From positions 33,790,001-33,854,000 of the forward strand of contig OZ024760.1 of the NCBI GenBank assembly GCA_964016885.1: a stretch of DNA of 64,000 nucleotides, given 5' to 3'. The DNA is from Eledone cirrhosa. Its lineage: Eukaryota. Positions 26,919 to 40,661 of this stretch are shown here, piece by piece. Within the stretch, counting starts at the first letter, position 1, and the number at the start of each line of letters is the position of its first letter. The notes below the pieces were generated by a model, which did no database searches, was not told the DNA's origin, and saw only the letters and a program-made list of their open reading frames with translations. A program made the translations under genes and the position numbers.

Positions 26919-27499
26919 AGTGTGAGTGTGTGTCTGTGAAACCAGGTCTAAACACAAGAGAACCAAACTCCCACTGTCACTTCCTCCGTCTCCCCAGCTC
27001 TCTCAATCTCTCACTATTATGGTCCTAGCGTTGGCCGTCCCGTGACCTCGGCGGATAGAATAAAGAAGGTATTCCTGCGGAGGATGGTGAAGGCGACGTG
27101 TTGGAAGCCTTATAATACAGTCTGCCGGACACGGACTGCCCACCTTCCAAAACTCGGCAAACCGAACACGGACCGCAACAACCACAAAATGGGGGAAGGC
27201 AGATGTTATCTACGATCCCATAACCTAATAAGCGGTGGAGATTTACAGTCTGTTGATGCAGTCAACTCTTTCAGATTATTTCTTCTCAGTGAACAAAAGT
27301 ATACTATGTTTAACCAATCAACATTCTCAGCAGCCATCTTTGATTCAGATGTGTACATACATGTACAATGTCATTTAAAACACAGAACAGCACTACATCT
27401 GTTCAACATCCTACTTAAAGGTTTGCTTTATCACCGATCAAAAGAAAACTGCTATAGATATATATTTACCATCTGTTGAAAATATATGTTAAGCGACAA

Positions 27500-27534
27500 A
27501 TGAAAACGAGAGCGTCTATCGTAATCGAGAGAAG

Positions 27535-27602
<68 letters not shown>

Positions 27603-27635
27603 TCTCTCGATTACGATAGACGCTCTCGTTTTCAT
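27500..27635. repeat. Perfect 35-bp inverted repeat enclosing a 66-nt (AT)n tract
   Basis: ATGAAAACGAGAGCGTCTATCGTAATCGAGAGAAG at 27500-27534 and its reverse complement at 27601-27635. Confidence 0.9.
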
Positions 27636-27674
27636 ATATATATATATAGTTTTAATATAGATGTGATTCTACAG

Positions 27675-27713
27675 GACTAGAGCTGTTTCATTCTTTAGAA
27701 ATCATCAGGAATC
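27675..27713 (-). ncRNA. Degenerate minimal hammerhead motif
   Basis: Minus strand reads GATTC-CTGATGA-TTTCT AA AGAAT-GAAA-CAGC-TC-TAGTC; imperfect stem I. Confidence 0.45.
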
Positions 27714-27811
27714 TGGCTCATATTAAAACTCATATTAAAACTTTTATACTCTGCTATGTATTGGGTACCTTACTTACTGTGGTTATCTCCGATTCAACCC
27801 GGAATAACTTA

Positions 27812-27846
<35 letters not shown>

Positions 27847-27969
27847 AATATGGGGAGAAGAATACTGCATGGTTGCACATGGATAACATGTTATAAAATG
27901 AGTCCCTCATCAGTGATTTGCCAACGGTCATTGGTATTTCATTGCATTGTGTGTATGTGTGTATGTATG

Positions 27970-28052
<83 letters not shown>

Positions 28053-28902
28053 GGTAAACAGAAATAACAACACAATCGGTACAGATATGGAACGAATATA
28101 TTAGGTTAATGCTTGAATGGTTAAGGAATTAATTATTCGTTATTTATTTAATAGTCCTTACATCTTGAAAGATACAAAGCAACGTGATCCGACATAAAGT
28201 AAAGTATTTCATCCTTGTATATATCATACTCAGGGATGGTGGAACTGGGGGGGGAGGGATGTTCCCCATCAAATAATTATATTTTTCTCCCCAAACTACC
28301 AAAACGCACATCTATTCGTATATACACTACAATTTATGTACATGTTATGTTATCACATATCGAAATTTGTTTTATATATCTTGGTTGATATTTGGTAATA
28401 ACAGCTAAACTAATCACTAAAACTAAATTGGCCAGATCCCCCTCCCCAATTCAGAAATACTCCCACCGCCCCTGTTACTTTAGGAACTTAAAAACGATTA
28501 AAAACAAAACAAAATAATGAATATCCGCTTACTGTATATCTCGATATTTCGTGTCGACCATTTTAACTTTAACCTACAATCACAGAGGTATTGTGAGAAC
28601 TTCATTGAAGAGCTGTGTTGGTCAGATGGGTGATGGGGGTACACAGGATTGGCTCAACAACCTGTGAATATATAACAGAGCAGTATGTTGCCTTCTTTCC
28701 GCTCTCCAACACGTGAAACTGGATTTATGAGTTCGATTCCTGGACCGGGCAATACGTTATGTCCTTGAGCAAGACACTTTATTTCACGTTGCTCCTTCTA
28801 CCTGGAGTTGCGACCGGTAGATAGTATTAGCAATCGGAAAGACCAATGGAAACATTGTTTTCTTGGTCCGAATTGAAGAAAGTCGATCGACTGTCGATAT
28901 AT

Positions 28903-29163
28903 ATATTCCTATACTTTGGGAGGGTCATGCTGCCAATAAAAATACACGCACCTGTTGGTTTTCACTTCAATTTATTATAAATTTCAGGTTGGTTCAATAA
29001 CCAGGTAGTTGTTTATATATTGTCAAAGCTCTTACGTCACACATTCTATATAAAAAACCATCCGGTTATTGAACCAACCGGAATTTTATTATAAATTGAA
29101 GTGAAAACCAACAGGTGCGTGTGTTTTTATTGGGAACATGACCCTCCCAGAGTATAGCAATAT
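28903..29163. mobile_element. MITE/fold-back element with ~115-bp imperfect TIRs
   Basis: CTATACTTTGGGAGGGTCATG...CATGACCCTCCCAGAGTATAG with extended complementarity. A decayed single arm lies at ~32870-32965. Confidence 0.75.
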
Positions 29164-29215
29164 CTGTTTCAACACGTTTTCAGATAAGAAATTTTGCAAA
29201 ATAAATTCAAAAACG

Positions 29216-29339
<124 letters not shown>

Positions 29340-29444
29340 GTGTGTGTGTGTGTGTGTGAAAAGTGATAACAAAAATAACAAAACAAACAGCACAGTACAT
29401 GGAAGAAATATATTAGTTTAACGCTTGGAATAGCAGGAAGAGAG

Positions 29445-29480
29445 TCTTAACGTTTCGGACACTAGTCTTTCATCAGAAGA
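29445..29480 (-). ncRNA. Minimal hammerhead variant in a (GT)n-associated Penelope-like end (29358-29575)
   Basis: Minus strand reads TCTT-CTGATGA-AAGACTAGTGTCC-GAAA-CGTT-AAGA; palindromic AACGTT. Confidence 0.65.
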
Positions 29481-29605
29481 TAGAGTTAGAAATAGAAGAT
29501 GAATAGAAAGTAGAGTGATGAGAGGGTAGAATGAGAAAAAAAAACACACGTGCGTATTCAGTCGGCCATTGAACTATGTATATACATACATACATAAATA
29601 CATGC

Positions 29606-30215
29606 ATGGTGGCTGCCAACTCGTTTTCGAGTACGGCCACTACGTTATATCCATGTAGGAGAACGCCTACCGTTGCGCTGAACGAGTGTGACTTTTTAGT
29701 CCAGCCAGCGACTTCAAAACTCTGGTACAAACACTACACTTGTGACAATTATTGACACATAGTGCTGGGCCCATGGTACCATGTGACGACAAGTGCAGAG
29801 AGATCTCCAGATATAAAGCAATGCCTGTGCCGCGAAGTTTTTATAGTGAGCAAAGGCACTGCACAAAGCCAGTCCCACTCTCTTAACCAAGATGATATTT
29901 ACCAAAAAGAAGAACAAGTCAACATCATTGGATACCATTAGGGTTGCAGGTTATATATCAGAGTTTTCCTTCTCCTAGAATTCTGCCTTGACAAAGGCTA
30001 AAGGGTCATCACTCCCTGTGATTTTGGATGGCCATTGACTCTTAAGAGCTCCTTTGCCCTTTGACAGGTTTTGTTTTTAGTCCTGCAGGATGTCCAAAGT
30101 CACCCTCCTCACCAAGAAACCTTGGTAGGGTTGCCAGTTTAGTCGCCAACAACCCGACCATGGGACAGGTTGTATTGGGATACATGTTACCAGTAGCACC
30201 AACTGGTGACCTGAC
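29606..30215 (-). mobile_element. Bipartite RTE-derived element, copy 2
   Basis: High identity to 22674-23282; flanked by (ATAC)n. Confidence 0.85.
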
Positions 30216-30291
30216 ATACATACATACATACATACATACATACATACATACATACATACATACATACATACATACATACATACATACATAC

Positions 30292-30688
30292 ATTGTTGTT
30301 TGGGACCACACATTGAAAACGTGTTCTGCTGTGGAGATCAGCTGCCCACTTGATGTAAACGTTGTCAGAAAAATACATCTACGGACCTTTGATGAGGAGT
30401 TTGCAAATCCAGTATCCAAGATACACCTTTAGCTTCATACCCATCATTATTGGAGCTACGGGTTATATACCAACCCGTTTGGACCAAAGTATAACTGAAC
30501 TTGGATTTGCGGACAAAGAGCGCAGCTCCCTAATTCATAGTCGACAAATGGCTGCGATAGCTGGCACCTTCAAAATTTGCAAAACATTCTTGCGATTCAA
30601 GGGAGGACAATTTCTTTTCTTTTACAACCTTGCCACCAGGAAGGTGGCCGGTCAAAAAAATATACTCGAAATTAAGAGAAAGAAATAA
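30292..30688 (+). mobile_element. R4-like (RLE) non-LTR retrotransposon 3' fragment
   Basis: IVVWDHTLKTCSAVEISCPLDVNV and IPIIIGATGYIP RLE-type C-terminal motifs; homologous to 50167-50909. Confidence 0.7.
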
Positions 30689-30705
30689 CATAAATACATA
30701 TATAC

Positions 30706-31313
30706 ATGGTGGCTGCCAACTCGTTTTCGAGTACGGCCACTACTTTATATCCATGTAGGAGAACTCCTACCGATGCGCTGAACGAATGTGACTTTAGTCC
30801 AGCCAGCGACTTGAAAACTCTGGTACAAACACTACACCTGTGACAATTATTGACACATAGTGCTAGGCCCATGGTACCATGTAACGACAAGTGCAGAGAG
30901 ATCTCCAGATATAAAGCAATGCCTGTGCCGTGAAGCTTTTATAGTGAGCAAAGGCACTGCACAAAGCCAGTCCCACTCTCTTAACCAAGATGATATTTAC
31001 CAAAAAGAAGAACAAGTCAACATCATTGGATACCATCAGGGTTGCAGGTGTTATATAAGAGTTTTCCTTCTCCTAGAATTCTGCCTTGACAAAGGCTAAG
31101 GGGTCATCTGTCCCAGTGATTTTGGATGGCCATTGACTCTTAAGAGCTCCTTTGCCCTTTGACAGGTTTTGTTTTTAGTCCTGCAGGGTGTCCAAAGTCA
31201 CCCTCCTCGCCAAGAAACCTTGGTGGGGTTGCCAGTTTAGTCGCCAACGACCCGACCATGAGACAGGTTGTACTGGGATACATGTTACCAGTAGCACCAA
31301 CTGGTGACCTGAC
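30706..31313 (-). mobile_element. Bipartite RTE-derived element, copy 3
   Basis: High identity to copies 1 and 2; the minus strand encodes CHRCSVCTRVFKSLAGLKSH, an RTE-type C-terminal Zn finger remnant. Confidence 0.85.
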
Positions 31314-31389
31314 ATACATACATACATACATACATACATACATACATACATACATACATACATACATACATACATACATACATACATAC

Positions 31390-31645
31390 ATGATGATGAT
31401 GGCTGCCTCCTCGTTATCGAGTATGACCATTGCACGATATAACAGTATTAATAGTTATCAATTAATGCTATTTTGCAATGCCAACCCCATCCTCTGATCG
31501 ACAGTAGCTATAACCCGAAAAGAAGAAAGGATCAACATCATCGGTAACTACTGAGCCGCAGGTTTTATGTCGGAGTTATCCCAGTTTCCTGAGTTGCCTT
31601 CTCCAAGAAGATACCCTGACAAAGACTAGGGGTCCTTCACCCTCA
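31390..31645 (-). mobile_element. Older related bipartite RTE-type element fragment
   Basis: 3' end ATGATGGCTGCC..TCGTTATCGAGTATG and a CCTTCTCC..AAG.CTAGGGG motif. Relatives at 43496-43533, 51910-52300 and 52437-52680. Confidence 0.55.
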
Positions 31646-31669
31646 GACATACATAGATATATACACAGC

Positions 31670-31835
31670 GGGATTCTGCAGTTACCGATTACCAAATTCC
31701 TGTCACAAGACAGGGGTCAACCCAAGGTTATAGTAGAAGAAACTCGCCCTAAAGTGTCATGAAGTGGGATTGAAACAGAGAACCACGTGGTTACAAAACA
31801 AAAACTCCTTAACCACACAGCCATTGACTGCGCCT
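31670..31835 (-). mobile_element. Degenerate tRNA-derived SINE
   Basis: Minus-strand head TGGCTGTGTGGTTAAG...TTTCAATCCCACT is A/B-box-like. Confidence 0.5.
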
Positions 31836-32992
31836 GCTTCCGATTTCCTTTGATGTGCTTTCGTCTGCATGTAGGATCAAAGCATTCCATGTAAGAAAAT
31901 AATTACATTAATTGTTTTCTTATTAATTGGAATAATCATTTCTGACAATATCTGTTATCAGGAAATTACTGGCAGAGAAACTAATGAAAAATAAATCTTG
32001 GTTGATCCCCCATCCCTCAGTCTATAATTTGTAAAGACCTGTCAACTCTCCCCGTCCGACAGGGAGATCTCCCACCCACTTTGGGGTGGGTGAGAGATGT
32101 CTTCTCTTCTGAAAATGAGTATAGCTTTCATTATATAACATCTCCCCATTTTGCTTCATTTCTCCCTGTTTTGGGGCACCTTTTCTTTTTTCATGGTACA
32201 CCCCATTTGGGGTTTTAGAGGTCGGCAGGTCTGACATATATAGGTAGAACAGCGAATTGGCGGGGTGGTTAGCGGCGTCAAATTAAAAATACCTCGGTGT
32301 TTGTTCCCGCTCTCTCAGCTCTGACTTCATGTCCTAATGAGGTCAACTTTGCTTTCCATTCTTTCGAAGTTGATAAAATGGAGTGCCAGTAATACACTGA
32401 GGTTGTTTCTTCCTCTGAGGTCAACTTTGCCTTTCATTCTTTCGAGGTCAATAAACTAAAGTACCAGTCCAGTACCAGGTGGAGGAGAGTGTCAATTATT
32501 TCCTTCTCTGTAAGAAATCGGTTGTGTTTCGACTTGGAGAGTAATAAACTTTGCCATATGTCAGGATAGCGCCCCTACGACTATGTAGGCTTTTTACTTA
32601 GATAGATAACAATAATCTTTGCAGAATTGTGTTTATATCAAAGTTGAAGATCAAAATCAACGGCTCAACTATCACAGGATGTCGAGCTCACCTTTCTAAG
32701 CAGCTCACTAGAGGCTCCAGTAAATCCTTGTTTAACGAAGGTGCTTTTTAAAAGATAGTTATAGAATGCGATGTATTTGTTTTGTATTTATATCTATAGT
32801 TTTTAACTGTTGGTCAATTAATGATAAACACTGATTGCCAGCTAAATTATTTATGGAAATATAAAAATATACTGAAGCGAAAACCAAACCAAATACTGAG
32901 TGTGTTTTACTATATTTTTCTGGCAATATTAGAACATGACCCTCCCCCAAAAATATAGATATTTTAAAACAAACATACTTTTTCTAAACATG

Positions 32993-33061
<69 letters not shown>

Positions 33062-33066
<5 letters not shown>

Positions 33067-35984
33067 GATTAAAACTTTAACAAGGTTCAATGAATTCACC
33101 AGTGAATAAAGTTTCACAATAGATTAGAAGCACTCTACAGAGAGGTTTTCTGGAGTTATTGATATTACTTCAAAATATTAAGAAATATATAGAAATTTTG
33201 ACATTACCATGGGATCATCTGACTCAGCAGAAATTACCGATCTTCTAGGAACTTTTATCCTCAATATGGTAAATAGAAAATTGCCGGAGATTACCGGTGG
33301 TTTATATAGGGATATTTATTTACTGTAGTTAAGCATATCAATACAGAACTAAATAGGGTTAAGAAAACAATAATAGAATTCTTTAAAAATTATGACCTCA
33401 AATTAGAAGTTGAAAGTACCACTAAAGTAATTAACTTCCTTGATGTCACCCTTAATTTAAATTCAGGACTATATTACCCATTCCATAAGCCCAATGAAAA
33501 CCTAAATTATGTTAACTATTACTCAAATCACCTTAAATCCGTGAAAAATGCAATAGTCAATAGTGTTCAAAAACGCTTAACTAGATTATCCGCTAACAAA
33601 TCCATTTTGATGAAAAAGCTGGATATTATAACGAGGCATTACATAAGGCAGGATATAAAAATAATATTGAATATCTAGATAATACTAATTCGAATTATAA
33701 ATTAGGTAAAAATACGAATAAATAAAGCGGACTCTAAAAATTATTTAAATATAAATAAAAATATTAATGTCAAGAATAAATCTCGGAAAAAAATCAGAAC
33801 CAAAGCAGTTATTTGGTATGCACCTCCGGCGTCTTTAGCTATCAAAACACCCCTGGCAAATTTATTCTTTAAGGCTTTAGATAAATGCTTTCCCAGTACA
33901 CATAAATACCATTATATATTCAATAGACACACAATTAAGCTATCTTATTCTACAATTATGAATATGGCTCAGAACATTGCCAAAATAAATAGTAGAATTC
34001 TTAATCATAACCAACAAACAATTAGGGATAATGGCAATATTAACATTAGCAATAATATTGATACTGTGAATAACAATAACATTAATTTAAGCACTCACAA
34101 TAGAACAACTCCAAGTATTAGCAGTGATAACGTGTACAGTTTAAATTATAATAATAACAGTACATCGAAATGTAACTGTAGAAATAGATCGAATTGCCTA
34201 GTTTATAAATGTACCGTTAAAGCAAATAACATCACCTACAACTATATAGGTGCAACTTCATCGAGCTTTAAATTAAGATATTCGAATCACAAACACTCTT
34301 TTTCGAATCCGGATAAGAAATTCTCCATCTCTTTATCCCAACTTATATGGTCCTTAAAAGACAAAAATTTAGAGTACTCAATATTTTGGTCAAAACTTTG
34401 TAATAGCCAAGTCTACGTAAATTCCTCAGTATCACCTAACTGCAATCTTTGCGATATGGAGACCCTATTAATAATTACTAATTATGATAACTTAATTAAC
34501 AAAAAAAGTGAATTATTCTCAAATTGCTTGCGCAAAGCTACATCTACATTCCAAACTTCACAAAAAATCAGGAAAAAACATTGAATAAATGTGAAATGAT
34601 TTAGACGTTTATTAATAACTCTGAGCGTGAAACAGATATTGTCTCAGATTAAAAATTCTTGTAATGCTTTTATTATTTATACTATTATTAATATTAAATT
34701 AAGGGTTTCTACCTTAACATTGAAATTGTTAACCTGATCTCTTGTTGAGTACGTATGACCTTTAGATTGTTTAAATACATTTAATTTTGGTTTTTGTATT
34801 TTCTAAATCTTATATCTTATATATTTCATACCTCGAATGTATTCAGACTTGTAAACCGTCTAATTACTTTGAATGGTGGTTATGATTCACGAGGATATGA
34901 TTATACATTTATAGTATAAAAGTATCCTTAGATCCAAGTTGATAAATTTTTTTTATACTTAAATTGATGTAACATTTTAAATACAGTAAAATATAGTTGA
35001 ATCAAATTTATGACACTCTTAACAAAAATTAAACTATATATAAGTGACTAATATCATCTTAAACCTTAAACTTTATAGTCTACGTATATATAAATTATAC
35101 AAATGTGTATATCTAGATAAATCTGGTTTAATAATATCTTATTAAATACATTTAAATGCTTTATGGCTTATTAATAACATCTTAATGTTAATGTTTTTTA
35201 ACTGATATATTGATTATATTCTTAATTTTAATATACTTTTAAATATACTTGTGATTACCTTTGGAGTTATGATAAACATAAATTTATCTCTTTCACGTTA
35301 CATTAGCTTGAACTCTGATATAATACAATAATATAAATCCTTTAAAATTTTATAGTCTAAAATCTTATGTCATTTGATTAATTGACTATTTCTAATTAAC
35401 TTAAGATTTGAAAATAAACGGTCACGCATCATGTGCCTAAATATCCCACCCCCTATCTAATTATACGCTATTTATATGTTACAATGCATATCTTCCTCCC
35501 TTTGTTTATACAATTAAACTTATTTTCCTCTCTCTATCATTTTATCATTTCTCCCTTCTCTTGTTCCTACGATCAAATCTCCCTCTTTTTCTCTCTTTCC
35601 TCATGATTTGCGATCTCTCACTTCCACTATCTACAATAATGAGGTATACATATATATTTATTATTTAAATTTTTAACAGTTACATAAGTTTATGTATTAT
35701 ATATTATTAGTTATTTATATATCTTTATACACATTCTCATACGCACCCTCTGTATTATATGTAATTTTTCATGTTTCAACTTAAGGTATATAAATATTGA
35801 GTTTTGTCATAACTAATCGCTGCCATGACTAAATTATAACCATCAACATAGTCAAGGTATGTCAGGCATCATATTATTTTATCTGATGAGGACGTACTGT
35901 TGAAATAGCTCAGTATCTCTTAAATATGTATAATAAAATATATTTGATCACATGAATGTCTATATTTATTAATATTTTGAAGTA

Positions 35985-35990
<6 letters not shown>
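33062..35990 (+). mobile_element. 5'-truncated Penelope-like element (broken RT, GIY-YIG, long AT-rich 3' UTR, decayed hammerhead at 35875-35940)
   Basis: RT motifs TMGSSDSAEITDL, GGLYRD, INFLDVTLNL, YPFHKPN. ORF 33958-34584 has CNC..LVYKC...YIGAT..FKLRYSNHKHSF. Frameshifts and stops present. Flanked by (TA)n. Confidence 0.9.
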
Positions 35991-36082
<92 letters not shown>

Positions 36083-36165
36083 CAGATAGACAGAAATAAC
36101 AAAACAAACACCACAGTACATGGAGGAAATATATTAGTTTAACGCTTGAAATAGCAGGAAGAAAG

Positions 36166-36200
36166 TCTTAACGTTTCGGACCTAGTCCTTCATCAGAAGA
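36166..36200 (-). ncRNA. Minimal hammerhead variant in a (GT)n-associated Penelope-like end (36081-36330)
   Basis: Minus strand reads TCTT-CTGATGA-A-GGAC TAG GTCC-GAAA-CGTT-AAGA; same family as 29445. A decayed copy lies at 60157-60192 and a truncated end at 28049-28130. Confidence 0.7.
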
Positions 36201-36428
36201 TAGAGTTAGAAATAGAAGATGAATAGAAAGTAAAGTGAGAAGAGGAAGGAACGGGGAAGATGAGAAAAACAATTTGGGAGATAAAAAAAACACACGTGCA
36301 TATTCGGTCGGTCATCTTGGAGGGTCACGTATATATATATATATATATATAATGAAGGAAATGTGGTAAGGAACCAGGTGGACCATAACGCACCAAAGTA
36401 CTCAATACTTAGGGTAGTAGAGTGGGTA

Positions 36429-36471
36429 ATAGGAACCAGTAAGACTCCATTGGGGTCTTACTGGTTCCTAT
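36429..36471. repeat. ~21-bp-arm hairpin next to (TA)n
   Basis: ATAGGAACCAGTAAGACTCCA-T-TGGGGTCTTACTGGTTCCTAT. Confidence 0.8.
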
Positions 36472-37105
36472 ATATATCCGCAAATTGACACACATATATA
36501 TATATATATATGGGGGGGGGGGCTGTATGAAGCCAATACATGGTACTTTGTATTCTCTACCTCGAAAGGATGAAAGGCAAAGTTGATCTCAGCGAGATTT
36601 GAACTCAGAGAGTGTCGGATGCCAGAACAAATATCGCCAAGCATTTAATCCAACACTGGAACGTTTTTTGCTGATTCACCGCCTTTGGTGATGATTATGT
36701 TCAAGTATAATGTGTAATTAATTTGAATAAACACAATAATCAGGGAATGTCCTCTTTACATTCTCTTCTGCAATTGTCGTCGATGTTTTGTTGTCCTTTA
36801 AACAGTGTCACTACAAACAAAGTGAAGAGTTAAGAGCTCTTCACACCTCAAAATAAAATGGCAGCCGTCTTCCTTCTGACACAACAGCGACCGTAGCCAT
36901 CTTGTATGGTTTAGTTTATAGTTGTCTTTTGTTTTGTTTCACACATTTTTCTCTCTTTTTCTCTTGTTTTTTTTTTGTTGTTTTTTTTACATAATCCTAC
37001 GAATGTTTCCGAGTAAACACTTAATCGAGATTCACATAATTCTTCTTTTTTCATGTCAGCGAAATATTATAATGTTCTGACATCCTCATCAACAACCCCA
37101 CCATC

Positions 37106-37157
<52 letters not shown>

Positions 37158-37447
37158 TTGCTACTACTACTACTACTACTACTACTACAACTACTCCCTT
37201 TCTATCTATCCTTTCATCTCTCTCTCTTTCTATATATATACAGAGAGAGAGAGTGAGATGTGTATGTGCATGTGTGAGTGTGTGTACATATGCATGTGTG
37301 TGTGTGTGGATGTGCATGTGTGTATGTGAGTGCATATGTGTGAGAGTGTATGTCTGTATGTATATGTGTTAAAGTAAATGCAATGAGTACCAGTCGTCAG
37401 CAATACCCACCAGGTGGAGCAGTGTAGCTCTACCATAACCTAACATC

Positions 37448-37526
37448 TATATAATGGCCGTCATTTCACTCCAGACCATCATTCGCTGATTGTCGTCTGC
37501 TGATTTCACCAGACTAACAGGTAAGA
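37448..37526 (+). promoter_or_regulatory. TATA box, Inr, non-coding exon 1 and donor for His/Gly-rich gene A (intron 37521-39408)
   Basis: TATATAA at 37448, TCATTC Inr-like ~31-33 nt downstream, and CAG|GTAAGA at 37521. Matching acceptor TTTCTTTACTTTCAG ends at 39408, with a CTAAT branch-like site. Confidence 0.6.
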
Positions 37527-37562
37527 CGATTCTCTTAACTATTGCTTCCACCATCTTGTCAG

Positions 37563-37645
<83 letters not shown>

Positions 37646-37694
37646 ATACATATATATATATGCATATTTACATATACATATATCTATCTATCTA

Positions 37695-37803
37695 TCTAAG
37701 GCGGGTAAAATTCCCGAGATCCATGGACGAGTTCTCTCCAGCGGTCTCTGTCCCTCATTATCGCTGCCATGTCCTGCATCTCCAACAGACCAGTGGCATC
37801 AAC
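37695..37803 (-). mobile_element. RTE-like LINE extreme 3' fragment in the intron
   Basis: Minus strand encodes [20 protein letters not shown], followed by a (TAGA)n tail. Confidence 0.5.
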
Positions 37804-37851
<48 letters not shown>

Positions 37852-37941
37852 GTATATACGTATATGTATATACATATATGTCTATACGTATATGTATATA
37901 CATATATGTCTATACGTATATGTATATACATATATATATAC

Positions 37942-38020
<79 letters not shown>

Positions 38021-38116
38021 CATATATACATACATATACATATATACATACATATACATATATGTATATATATACATATTTATATATATATATATATATA
38101 CATATATATATACACA

Positions 38117-38168
<52 letters not shown>

Positions 38169-39435
38169 CATATATATACATATATATATACATATATATA
38201 TATATACATACACACATATATATATATACATATATACATATATATATATACATATACATATACGTACATATGTATATACACGCGCAAACACACACACAAG
38301 AGGGACATTTGGCTGCTTGTTTTAGCAGTTCAAGTTACTACATACGTGTGTGTGTGTGTGTGTGTGTGTTTTACGTGAATTATGCCATACAGTAATTTAT
38401 TCAGTCACACAACTGTTATTTCAACCCCAAACTCTCCTATTCTTATCTTGAGAAATTATTCTAGATTACCAGATCTTCTACGGGTTTCGTCCTGTTGGTC
38501 GTAGTACGGTCATTCTATCTATTATTTTGACAGCTTTCAATAGCACGAAATCCCTGAGGGCATTTCCTGCAAATATGGTACCTTTAAAAGTACTACTTAT
38601 ATAAGTTAAATTAAGAAAGCTATTCAGGACAGATTTATGTAACAAATTATTTAGACTGTTCATGTAACTGTTATTTCAGTTATAAAAGACGCCTTCCCCC
38701 TCCGCTTTTGAGTTCCAAAAAATTATTATAAGGGTTTGTTTTTCCTTTGTGTTCACAGAAGTTTAAACCGGAAATAGTACGATAGAAAAACCTAAAAATT
38801 GTTACGACAAAGTGATTTGTAATAATTTTGTAATAATTTTTCTAGTGAAAGATGAAATAATTTATTCCGAAACGTCATCTAGAGAGGATATCATGGAAAT
38901 TGAGAGAAATATATTTTAGTTTTCTTTATTGATTTAACTTATATTATCTACGAAATAGAGGAGACAAGCTGTAACACAAAGTAAAGTGTGTTATATAGGC
39001 GTTAGAACTATTTAAAACTGTTTTATATATATTTCAGTATAAATGTTATATGGTTAGGGTTGATTGAGGAAAGACGGTACAATCCAGGTTAGAAATATAA
39101 GAAGGAAAACTAGAGAAAATTAAGTAAAACAAAGCAAAACAACAGTTTAGATTTTACCTTATATTTCATGATATTTCGAGGTTAAGATCCCCTTTTCAAA
39201 ATAAGTATTTTGTATATGTTATTCTGCTTTACACTTCTTTTCATTCCTGTATTTCTGACTAACATTCTATCAGTTTTTCCCTAACAAAAACATCCTGGCA
39301 CATATTTCACAATAATTTATATAAACTATATTACTTTCTAAATCTTCTGTACAGCCAATATATTCTTAAATATCTTCTAATGTCTCTCCTACGTTTCTTT
39401 ACTTTCAGATCTCCACTTTCTTCTAAACTACCATC

Positions 39436-40188
39436 ATGAACATGTCAATTCTGGCCCTGGCTGTGTTCTCAGCTGTCTTCCTCTTGGTGAAGAGTTCAGC
39501 TTTACCCCATGGGGGACACTATGGTGAACACCATGGAGAAGCAGGACAAGATGAAGCCCACCATGGTGTAGCTTCTGCTGAACATGTAGCTGATAATGCC
39601 TACGCTGAACATGGTGAACATGGAGCGAAAGCTGCTTACGGCGTTGGATATCGTAACCATGAACACGATCACGTGGACAGCTATGGACATCATAAACATG
39701 ACGAAGATCACGACAGACATAAAGATGACATGTTGGAAAAATACGGAGGTGACGTTGCTCATGCTACTCATAATGCCTATGGCGGTGAACATGCGGCTGT
39801 AGCTGGACATGCCGCAGCTTACGGTGCTCAAGGTGGACATGGTGAATTTAGTGGTCCCGGATATAGTGGCATTGGAGGTTTAGGTGGTGGCTTTGGAGGT
39901 CTTGGTGGTGGCTTTGGTGGTGGCTTTGGTGGTCACGGTGGTCTTGGTGGTCACGGTGGTCTTGGTGGTCACGGTGGTCTTGGTGGTCACGGTGGTCTTG
40001 GTGGTCACGGTGGTCTTGGTGGTCATGGTGGTTTTGGTCACGGTGGTTTTGGTGGTCATGGTGGATTTGGTCACGGTGGTTTTGCTGGACATGGTGGTTT
40101 TGGTGACGGTGGTTTTGCTGGACATGGTGGTTTTGGCGGATTTGGTGGTCATGGTGGCTTTGGTGGACATGGAGGATACGGCCATTAA
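39436..40188 (+). CDS. Secreted His/Ala-rich, GGHGG(L/F)-repeat protein, paralog A (250 aa; histidine-rich beak protein-like)
   Basis: Signal peptide MNMSILALAVFSAVFLLVKSSA; His/Ala/Asp/Glu-rich N-domain; Gly/His repeats; ATCATG start after a splice acceptor; AATAAA at 40190 and 40240. Confidence 0.9.
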   Translation: MNMSILALAVFSAVFLLVKSSALPHGGHYGEHHGEAGQDEAHHGVASAEHVADNAYAEHGEHGAKAAYGVGYRNHEHDHVDSYGHHKHDEDHDRHKDDMLEKYGGDVAHATHNAYGGEHAAVAGHAAAYGAQGGHGEFSGPGYSGIGGLGGGFGGLGGGFGGGFGGHGGLGGHGGLGGHGGLGGHGGLGGHGGLGGHGGFGHGGFGGHGGFGHGGFAGHGGFGDGGFAGHGGFGGFGGHGGFGGHGGYGH

Positions 40189-40596
40189 AAATAAAATGTT
40201 GTTAAAATCTTTATTTCTATTCCAAACACATCCCAATCAAATAAATCTCAATCCCAATATGAACTGTATCGATCTATTGACTGTTGTTGAATAAACGGGT
40301 GTTTTCACCCAATTTACACTCATTCCAAGTCTCAGTCTTTTCATTTTAGCAGAATATTGGCACATAAATGGCAGAGAATCGAGCTAACTAATAAATGTGT
40401 TTTGTTTTCTGTGTGTGTGTGTTTGTTTTATGTATGTATGTCAATATATATATGCGTGTGTGTGTGTGTGTAAGTATTGGTCTGTAGTTGTAGAGTCACT
40501 GTCGTGTCATATGGTGTGTCTTGGACATTTCTCTACCTGGCAGAGCGCCCATACTTTCTCTAGGTATGAACACAGTCGAATTCGGAGAGAAAGAGA

Positions 40597-40661
<65 letters not shown>

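Noticed and set aside
38840-38890. Possible hammerhead (GAAACGTC flanked by TCTAG/CTAGA); also an isolated CTGATGA near 27907-27914 (minus strand)
   Set aside because: The first lacks the CUGANGA core and the second lacks a downstream GAAA.
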